Source: Microcystis aeruginosa NIES-843 (GTDB lineage: Bacteria > Cyanobacteriota > Cyanobacteriia > Cyanobacteriales > Microcystaceae). Taken from it: a stretch of DNA of 32,000 nt. Both the position numbers and the translations under genes were made by a program. The notes under the pieces were generated by a model. The model searched no databases. It saw only the letters and a list, made by a program, of their open reading frames with translations, and was not told the DNA's origin. Positions within the stretch are counted from its first letter, which is position 1. Each line of letters opens with the position of its first letter. The stretch covers positions 1,380,001 through 1,412,000 of the forward strand of contig NC_010296.1 of NCBI RefSeq assembly GCF_000010625.1, written 5' to 3'. Below, piece by piece: positions 25,598-32,000 of this stretch.

Positions 25598-26960
25598 TGG
25601 GACTTAAACGCCAAATAAAGATCAAATCGAGTATAATCGTTAAAGAGTAAGCACTTTACGTTGAAAGATCAGCGATGAAAGAGACAACCCCAGCCGCGAT
25701 GCCCCCATGCTTTGACCGATGGTGTCGGCGGTTTGACAATTGCTTCAAAAACGAAGCGCAAAAAAACGGCTTCAGACAATATTTAGGAGGATTATTAGGG
25801 GAAAGTGAGAGGAAAAACCTCACTCAAATGGCCAATAATGCCGTCGGAGTAGTTTATAACCGATTACATCACTTTTTGACCGAATCTCCCTGGTCAGACC
25901 GTCAGGTGAATGAATGTCGGTTGCAAGTGATGAACCAATGCCGCCAGACGCAAATCCCCCGAGGATTTTCCCTGATTGTCGATGACTCAGGACATCGAAA
26001 AAGTGGCAATCTGACCGCCGGAGTTGGCAGGCAGTACCTAGGAGAAATTGGCAAGACAGACAACGGAATAGTCGCCGTCACTACCCATCTCTACGACGGC
26101 AAAAAAAGTGTCCCCCTAGACATTGAAATTTATCAACCGGCTAGTTCCTTAGCCGAGGGGAAAGAAGACAAAGAATTTAAGAAGAAACCAGAGATAGCGA
26201 TAGATTTAATTGACCGGAGCTTAACCAGAGGCTATCGACCGAAAATCGTCTTAATAGATGCTGGTTATGGCAACAACACAAATTTTCTCAAAGCCCTGGA
26301 AGAAAGAAAGCTAAAATACTTAGGAGGATTGGCAAAAAATCGAAAAGTAATTATTGAAAAAGAAGGGGGTGTGGAAGAAACAATCCAGCTTGAGCAACTA
26401 GCAAAAAGCCTATCAGAAAAGGATTGGGAGAAAATCACCCTAAATCTAGATAAAGAAAAAACGGTTTGGGTAGCGGTATTCAGAGCGAAAATATCTCAAC
26501 TAGAAGGAGAAAGGAACTTGGCGATCGTCATGAATGCAAGTTCAATGGAAAAAGCCACAGAGGTGGACTATTTCATCACCAATGTAGTTGAGGCAGATAC
26601 AGTAACAGCTTCGTGGATAGTGAGGACTTACACCGAAAGAAATTGGGTGGAAGTATTCTACCGAGAAGCCAAAGGATGGTTAGGGTTAAGGGAATATCAA
26701 GTCAGGGATAAACGAAGCTTACTTCGTCATTTTATCCTGGTGTTTTGTGCCTATACATTTATCCTGTGGCATAAGTTAACTGGGGGATTGCAAAGGCAGT
26801 GGGCGAATCGACCTTTAAACACTTTTGTGGAAGCCTTGGAAGCTTTTCGGACAGCGATGTCTTTCCGTTTCTTTGAGTGGCTGACCGAGAATCGGGATGT
26901 GTTTGCCGCTTACAAAGCCAGTTTAGGCTTTGTTTGGGCTTGAAATTTGTTTAAGTCCCA
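25598..26960 (+). mobile_element. IS701-like insertion sequence with a CTAG target-site duplication
   Basis: The inverted ends are TGGGACTTAAAC (25598-) and GTTTAAGTCCCA (-26960). CTAG is present at 25594-25597 and 26961-26964. Confidence 0.8.
25675..26943 (+). CDS. IS701/IS4-superfamily DDE transposase
   Basis: 422 aa with SLIVDDSGHRKSG, VLIDAGYGNN and YTERNWVEVFYREAKGWLGLREYQVR. Confidence 0.85.
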   Translation: MKETTPAAMPPCFDRWCRRFDNCFKNEAQKNGFRQYLGGLLGESERKNLTQMANNAVGVVYNRLHHFLTESPWSDRQVNECRLQVMNQCRQTQIPRGFSLIVDDSGHRKSGNLTAGVGRQYLGEIGKTDNGIVAVTTHLYDGKKSVPLDIEIYQPASSLAEGKEDKEFKKKPEIAIDLIDRSLTRGYRPKIVLIDAGYGNNTNFLKALEERKLKYLGGLAKNRKVIIEKEGGVEETIQLEQLAKSLSEKDWEKITLNLDKEKTVWVAVFRAKISQLEGERNLAIVMNASSMEKATEVDYFITNVVEADTVTASWIVRTYTERNWVEVFYREAKGWLGLREYQVRDKRSLLRHFILVFCAYTFILWHKLTGGLQRQWANRPLNTFVEALEAFRTAMSFRFFEWLTENRDVFAAYKASLGFVWA

Positions 26961-27192
26961 CTAGCAGTTTTTGCCATTGTTTGCGTCGGGGTTTCTCGTT
27001 CTAGATTTTTGTAAATTTTTGTAAATTTAACTTGTTTTAAAACACTTTTTCTGATAGGGATTATCCAGAAAAAAATAGATGAAAGAGAGAAATCGTCAAG
27101 ACAATAATCTTGTTTGCTGCCTGATCCCGGTCAATGATAAATTTTAAAATACCTAGTCTTTTACATTTTCCCAACTCTCGGAGTGATCCCCG

Positions 27193-27588
27193 ATGTTAAA
27201 AAATCTCTTTGGTGGCAAAAAATCTGACTTTTACCTAGAACTAAAAGAAACCGATGGTGAACAAAAAGCAACAGCAACCACGGCAGCAGCCGCGCCTGTT
27301 GTGGAAGCGCCCGCCCCTGCTGTGGAGTCTGCTGCCGCCCCTGTAGCCGAGAAAAAAGCGAAAAAAACTTCTGTTAAGAAAGAAAAGCAAGCAAAAGAAA
27401 CTCCCGCCGCTCCTGTGAGCGCACCGGCCCCCGTAGCCCCCACTAACGGTAAAGTAGAGCCGCAAGAAGTGGAATTTGCGACAAAATACTTGATTACTCC
27501 TAGTATGTCTCGCCGTCGCCCTGGTCCAAGTTTGAATGGTTTCAAAGACATGGCGCGCAAAGCGAAACTACCTGCTAACCGCGGCTAA
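27193..27588 (+). CDS. Hypothetical protein with an Ala/Pro/Lys-rich disordered centre and a basic C-terminal motif
   Basis: 131 aa. N-terminus MLKNLFGGKKSDFYLEL, C-terminus KYLITPSMSRRRPGPSLNGFKDMARKA. A terminator-like hairpin follows. Confidence 0.6.
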   Translation: MLKNLFGGKKSDFYLELKETDGEQKATATTAAAAPVVEAPAPAVESAAAPVAEKKAKKTSVKKEKQAKETPAAPVSAPAPVAPTNGKVEPQEVEFATKYLITPSMSRRRPGPSLNGFKDMARKAKLPANRG

Positions 27589-27610
27589 ATCCCCCCCGGA
27601 TTGCTTTCTC

Positions 27611-27646
27611 AAAAAAAAAGGAGAGCTTTCTTTGACTCTCCTTTTT
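27611..27646 (+). terminator. Terminator-like hairpin (A tract, GGAGAG ... CTCTCC, T5)
   Basis: AAAAAAAAAGGAGAG-CTTTCTTTGA-CTCTCCTTTTT lies 23 nt after the stop codon. The symmetric A/T tracts could work in both directions. Confidence 0.55.
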
Positions 27647-27734
27647 CATCAGGGTGCATCTACTAACTCAAGTGTAGCAGCGAGTTTTTTTAAGGTTGGT
27701 TATTTAGGTTACTCCCTAGAGTATTTTGGGGATA

Positions 27735-27957
27735 ATTAGGGCCTGCTGAAAAAGTTTTTCGTGGGGACAGGGTGTGGGGTGTGGGGTGTGGGGTGTAGGT
27801 TTTTACCGATTCTCATCTGGTCAATTACCTAATTTTCAGAGAAAAAGTCCTGGAATTTTCCCCCCGCTCCCTCCAATGGCTGGCACTTTTTAAGGGGAAA
27901 AAAGTCTAAAAGTCTTACCCAACAAGGTTTTTAGATTTATTCAGCAAAGTCTAATTA
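27735..27957 (+). mobile_element. MITE copy B (same family and orientation as copy A)
   Basis: The ends are TTAGGGCCTGCTGAAAAAG ... TTATTCAGCAAAGTCTAATTA, with an internal (GGTGTGG)n array. Confidence 0.7.
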
Positions 27958-28053
27958 TCACCTGTCTTTTTGGGCAATTTTTAAAACCTAGGACGAGGTT
28001 GACTGGTGGACAGGTGCAAAATCAGCATTCATATTCTTGATTCAGCAACCCCA

Positions 28054-28446
28054 TTAGGGATTAACTTTCGCCGCTCGGATTAGCCAACCGATTACCCCAC
28101 CCGTAACACCACTGAGGATCGAACTGAGCGAAGCGGTGATCACCACTACCCCGATCTGTTTCCAGTTTTTCAATTCTCCGACTTTTTCGGCGAGATCGGT
28201 GGTTTTTCCCGCCGCGTTCTCTTTGACTTTAACTCGATCGCTTAAACCCTCTATCTTCGCGTCTAGGGTTCGGATATCGCCTTTAATTTCCGACTGCCCT
28301 AACTCTAAATTCTTCTGTCCGTTTTCTATGGTGGTTAGTCGGTTTTCCATGGTGGTTAGTCGGTTTTCGATCGCTTTTTGTCCGTTGGCAATGCCGATAA
28401 TTAAATCCTCCAATCTTTTTAAATCTTTTTCAGTGGCGGCTGTCAT
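28054..28446 (-). CDS. Tail-anchored coiled-coil protein (N-terminal heptad repeats, single C-terminal TM helix)
   Basis: 130 aa. It contains ENRLTTMENRLTTIENGQKNLE and the C-terminal IGVVVITASLSSILSGVTGGVIGWLI. Confidence 0.6.
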   Translation of the reverse strand: MTAATEKDLKRLEDLIIGIANGQKAIENRLTTMENRLTTIENGQKNLELGQSEIKGDIRTLDAKIEGLSDRVKVKENAAGKTTDLAEKVGELKNWKQIGVVVITASLSSILSGVTGGVIGWLIRAAKVNP

Positions 28447-28513
28447 CAGTTAAACTCCTCTTAGTTGAATTTTTCTTGCCCCGATTCGATACTTTATTGA
28501 TTGCGGATAACTT

Positions 28514-28872
28514 TCTCATCGGAAATTTTGGGTCTGAAACCCCGCCGTTCTAGGTTGGCTTTACGTTAGAATTAAAAGGCCAGTCTCGAAAACCAAGTGG
28601 ACGGCGCAGCACCTTGAAAACTCGGCTTAGGGGGTTCCGACCAGAAAAGCTTGGCCGGGTAAAAAGTCGCGCGCAACAAGTACAAGAAGCTATAGGCGGT
28701 CAACGTACCGTGGGACACACGGAATCGGGCTTCTGAAATGGGGCGAAAGTCTGTGGACTCTGTGTAAGACAGTACATGGTTTTTTAACTGTGGTATGCGA
28801 CGGTGGTGGAAGCAGAAACTTAAATCGTGAGGTTTAGGAATCGCCGCACTTTTAGGGCGGCGAGGATGTCAA
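28514..28872 (+). mobile_element. ORF-less structured element: proposed non-autonomous IS200/IS605-type element, possibly an orphan omega-RNA-like scaffold
   Basis: No ORF appears in any frame of the track. The left ~55 nt equals the module at the window start. The left hairpin is at 28542-28558. The right hairpin TCGCCGC-ACTTTTAGG-GCGGCGA is at 28841-28863, followed by GGATG-TCAA ending at 28872. Confidence 0.4.
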
Positions 28873-28874
28873 TA

Positions 28875-31046
28875 TCAACTTCCCTCCCAGATTTTTAAAT
28901 AGGCATTTTCCATATTTTCAGCGAATTTTTTCCCTTGCCAGAGGGGGGCTGTGTCACGATTTCCTAACAGTTGATGGCTGATGTCTTGACGAAGGGAGCG
29001 ATCGAGTCCTAATTTTACTCCCCAGTCGATATATTCTGCCTCATTCCAGCCAATTCCGGCTTCAATACCGGCATTAATCATAAAAGTATAACTATTGCGC
29101 GCGGAAAATTGTTCTCCTACCAGTGTAACTAAAGGGATTCCTTGCCATAAAACTTCTAAGGTGGTGGTAGCGCCATTGTAGGGATAGGTATCTAACACCA
29201 CATCAGCAATCTGTAAATTAGCGCGATGGGTATATTCATCTATATCTCTCGGTAAAAATCGCAATCTTTGGGGATTAACTCCCTCCAGAATCGCTATTTC
29301 AGTAAATAATTCTTGAATTTTTTCAGTCTTACCGACTCCCTTAATCAGAAAATAACTATTAGGCACTTGTGCGAGAATTTTCATCTGAAGTTTAATAGTA
29401 TCAGGATGACGTTTCATGCCACTTTGTACGGAAAAATAGATGGTAGCATCGGGGGGAATTTCTAAATCTTCTCGACGGAGATTAGGAGTACCGATTTCAA
29501 AACCATCCACTGCTAAATATGTCTCTGGTAAACGATAGATTTTTTCTCGATAATATTCCTCCGCTTGCTGGGGTAAAACGTAGGGATCGGCGATATAGTA
29601 ATCAATAGTTGCTAATCCAGAAGCATCCCAACCTAACCAAGTCACTTGTTTTGCTGCGGGTTTCAGGGCGATAATCTGATTGGTGAGATTATGGGTTAAA
29701 CTATCTAAATCTACTAGAATATCTATCTGATCCTGTTGAATTTGTTGGGCAACTTCTAGGGGATTTTGAGCGTAGGGAAAATGACGGATAATATCTCGGC
29801 TATCCCGGAACCATTGACGGGTAATTTCATCTTCTTCTTGGTTAATAGTATAGATGGCTATTTGCAATTTTTCTCGATCATGATGGTGAATTAACCAACG
29901 ACTTAACCAACCGACAGAATGATGTTTTAAGGTACTGGCAAGATAACCGATCGTTAGTTTTTCTGGAACTTTTTTGATAGTAACCAAAGGAGTTTTTAAG
30001 CTATTATTATCAAGGAAAATTTCGGCGATGCGATTAGTTAATTGTCGATTGGCTAAAGCTCGATCGCCTAGGTAGGGTAGGGGACTAGAAACATTGAGAA
30101 AGCTAGTTTTAATAATCGGTTCTAAAGTGATATTTTTCTGACGGGTTAATTCCTGTAATAAATCATGATATTCTTGATAAATATGATCAATTTCTTGCCA
30201 AACTCCCCAGCGCAAAAGTATTAACAAAATCAGATAATTACTGTATAACTTTAGGGTTGGAGTTAGACAAATTTCTCGGAATTGATAGGCAGTTATCAAA
30301 GAATTATCAAAGTCTTCTGCTAAAATATAGAGGTTAACCAATTGTTCCAAAAGACTCAGATCATTTGGTCTTAATTGCAGACAAAGTTTAATAATTTCCA
30401 CTCCAAAAGTGGGACTTTGTTGCTCGTTGGTGACTCGTGCTGCTATCTGAAAAGCTTGCGGGATAAAACTATCGGCTAATTCCTCCAGGTAGGGTAAACT
30501 TGCTTGAGCTAAGTCTAAAGTTAATTCATGGGGATATAAAAGACTTTTGAGAACTACATTTAAAAGTAATTCTCGATCGGGATTAGATCTGAGATTCTCT
30601 TGAATAGGATAATTAAGTAGTTCTTCAGGATCAAATATTTCTAAATCTAAAGCTAAGTCGAATAAAGCTAATAAATTATTAATTGACTTGGGAACAATTT
30701 CCTGTAGATGATAGCGAAAATATTCTACAGCTGCCAGATCACCTTTTCTTTGTTGTCGTCGCGCTTCTGCGTCTAAAACCGCTTCTAATTCTGCTTGCCA
30801 TTGCTTAACTTCTTCCAGATTACCTTCGCTTAAAATACTTTGCCACATTACCTGTGCTGCTGCTTCTAAATTTTGCAGAAGATAGGCAACTCCCAAGTAC
30901 CAATAGTCAGAAATATTTTCGGAATTGTTATCGATTAGTTCCTCGTAGATTGCCGCAACTTGAGGATAATCTTCGGCAATTAAAGCTTGATAAGCGTCAG
31001 GATGCCACATAAAAAACTTAGGGTGTGTTAACGAATTGTAACACAC
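28875..31046 (-). CDS. TPR-like N-terminal region fused to a GT41 (SPINDLY/O-GlcNAc-transferase-family) glycosyltransferase
   Basis: The C-terminal half carries IGYLASTLKHHSVGWL, QVTWLGWDASGLATIDYYIADPYV, HPDTIKLQMKIL, LDTYPYNGATTTLEVLWQGIPLVT and FSARNSY. The track start is GTG 31046. The ATG at 31010 (MWHPDAY) is the likelier start. Confidence 0.85.
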   Translation of the reverse strand: MCYNSLTHPKFFMWHPDAYQALIAEDYPQVAAIYEELIDNNSENISDYWYLGVAYLLQNLEAAAQVMWQSILSEGNLEEVKQWQAELEAVLDAEARRQQRKGDLAAVEYFRYHLQEIVPKSINNLLALFDLALDLEIFDPEELLNYPIQENLRSNPDRELLLNVVLKSLLYPHELTLDLAQASLPYLEELADSFIPQAFQIAARVTNEQQSPTFGVEIIKLCLQLRPNDLSLLEQLVNLYILAEDFDNSLITAYQFREICLTPTLKLYSNYLILLILLRWGVWQEIDHIYQEYHDLLQELTRQKNITLEPIIKTSFLNVSSPLPYLGDRALANRQLTNRIAEIFLDNNSLKTPLVTIKKVPEKLTIGYLASTLKHHSVGWLSRWLIHHHDREKLQIAIYTINQEEDEITRQWFRDSRDIIRHFPYAQNPLEVAQQIQQDQIDILVDLDSLTHNLTNQIIALKPAAKQVTWLGWDASGLATIDYYIADPYVLPQQAEEYYREKIYRLPETYLAVDGFEIGTPNLRREDLEIPPDATIYFSVQSGMKRHPDTIKLQMKILAQVPNSYFLIKGVGKTEKIQELFTEIAILEGVNPQRLRFLPRDIDEYTHRANLQIADVVLDTYPYNGATTTLEVLWQGIPLVTLVGEQFSARNSYTFMINAGIEAGIGWNEAEYIDWGVKLGLDRSLRQDISHQLLGNRDTAPLWQGKKFAENMENAYLKIWEGS

Positions 31047-31111
31047 CTTGAAAATATTTAATCTTAGTGCATTACTTACAAAAAAAATAAGTGAGGAATG
31101 ATAGAATTTAT

Positions 31112-31948
31112 TTAATTACTTGATAATTTGTCAAGTATTGGGTAGTTATAATCTTGCATCACTGATTGACAAATTTGATTAATTGTCTCGACATCTTGTT
31201 CATTTAAACCTTTTAAGCTATTGGTTTTTGTAGGATTGATCGGTCGATAAGTTCTTGTCCCACCGGCTAAAGATTTACTAGGATTTACCTCATGAAAATT
31301 AAGCAAATTATCATGCCACTCAATCTCTAGAAAGTTAACTATATCTTCTAAAGTTTCCCGAGGATTGGTTATTAAATTTTCATAGGACAACTTAAAAACA
31401 CTAAAGCCACTATCTTCCATAAACTTAGTATAGCTATTTTTATAAGACCAGTAAATTGCTCCTAATTCAATTGTTGATAGTTTATCGAGATCGTACTGTC
31501 CTAAAGTTTCAGGATAAAACGGTTTGAGGCGCTCAATTTCTGTTTTGGCACATCTTTCAATCCAATTAGTTCGTGAACGAGAATTAACCAGATTAAGCAT
31601 TGAGGCAATTGCGCTATAGGGATTTCTCACAGGCCAAACTATTTTTGCTTTAAGATAAAACTTTTTCAAAAAGTCTAGTTTATTAGAATGCTCCAACATT
31701 TTCAAGCAAAGGTACTCTTTCTTTAACTTAGCTAACATCAATCGTTGAGCTGAGGGAAAAGGATAGGGACTAGGAAATTCTGATTCATCTATACTGTGAA
31801 TCTGGGGATGAGCGTTGAGAATAGATAGTAGTAAATTTGTTCCACTTCTTTGACAGCCAAAAATAAAAAACAAGTTGCCAGAAAATCTTGGAGCAAACGT
31901 TCTTAAAGTGACTAAGTTTCTGAGATGATACTTGATTTCCTCATTCAT
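31112..31948 (-). CDS. Sulfotransferase-family protein (PAPS-dependent)
   Basis: 278 aa. It has the 5'-PSB loop FGCQRSGTNLL and a 3'-PB-like VRNPYSAIAS. Confidence 0.8.
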   Translation of the reverse strand: MNEEIKYHLRNLVTLRTFAPRFSGNLFFIFGCQRSGTNLLLSILNAHPQIHSIDESEFPSPYPFPSAQRLMLAKLKKEYLCLKMLEHSNKLDFLKKFYLKAKIVWPVRNPYSAIASMLNLVNSRSRTNWIERCAKTEIERLKPFYPETLGQYDLDKLSTIELGAIYWSYKNSYTKFMEDSGFSVFKLSYENLITNPRETLEDIVNFLEIEWHDNLLNFHEVNPSKSLAGGTRTYRPINPTKTNSLKGLNEQDVETINQICQSVMQDYNYPILDKLSSN

Positions 31949-32000
31949 ATTTTTATCCTGTTTCTACATCAGCCTTCTTATCCTACAACAAACTGATGCG

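Noticed and set aside
27231-27560. 109-aa and 74-aa antisense ORFs opposite the 27193..27588 gene
   Set aside because: They are shadow ORFs generated by GC-rich Ala/Pro codons. Their products are low-complexity with no start context. The sense ORF has ordered termini and a terminator.
28525-28849. Group II intron reading of the ORF-less element: the minus strand begins GUGCG at 28849 and ends near an AAGCC...GGUUU hairpin
   Set aside because: About 325 nt is far too short. The hairpin is only about 25 nt, without the 34-nt domain V architecture or a GNRA loop. No intron-encoded protein is present. The end features fit a single-strand transposon better, so this is kept only as an alternative.

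Overview
This looks like a cyanobacterial chromosome segment. HIP1 (GCGATCGC) is very dense, there are STRR-type heptamer/octamer tandem repeats, and there are many IS and MITE copies. The repertoire looks Microcystis-like, but I cannot confirm that without a database search.

Housekeeping backbone: aroA, a fused two-domain ECF/CbiO-type ABC ATPase, purF and purL (minus strand), a DUF3386-like gene, nfu, and a short IDH1-like dehydrogenase. At the right edge a TPR-GT41 (SPINDLY/OGT-like) glycosyltransferase sits next to a sulfotransferase.

Accessory material:
- A toxin-antitoxin and nuclease islet at 8.1-11.0 kb: hicBA, an orphan antitoxin with a decayed pemK-like toxin, an Rpn-family nuclease, an XRE antitoxin and parDE.
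- An IS630 element with an A8 slippery site for a -1 frameshift.
- A frameshifted IS110 with a structured upstream leader that is a bridge-RNA candidate.
- An IS701-like element with a CTAG target duplication.
- At least two MITE families: TAGGGYTTGCTGAA ends carrying short-tandem-repeat cassettes, and C6/G6 hairpin modules.

Observations I rank highest:
1. A tight operon of secreted COP23 plus two S1 serine proteases, one TPR-fused. All three end in a Pro/Ser-rich tail capped by hydrophobic-Trp. It faces a convergent beta-barrel/secreted-protein pair.
2. A 350-bp ORF-less structured element (28514-28872) with IS200/IS605-style end hairpins and a TCAA terminus. Its left-end module recurs at the window start, where it interrupts a PemK/MazF toxin gene. 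It may be an orphan omega-RNA-type element.
3. A 616-aa protein fusing a long uncharacterised coiled-coil module to an FGE-sulfatase domain that lacks one of the two catalytic cysteines.

I recognised no rRNA, tRNA or CRISPR array. All family assignments come from motif recognition by eye, not from searches.
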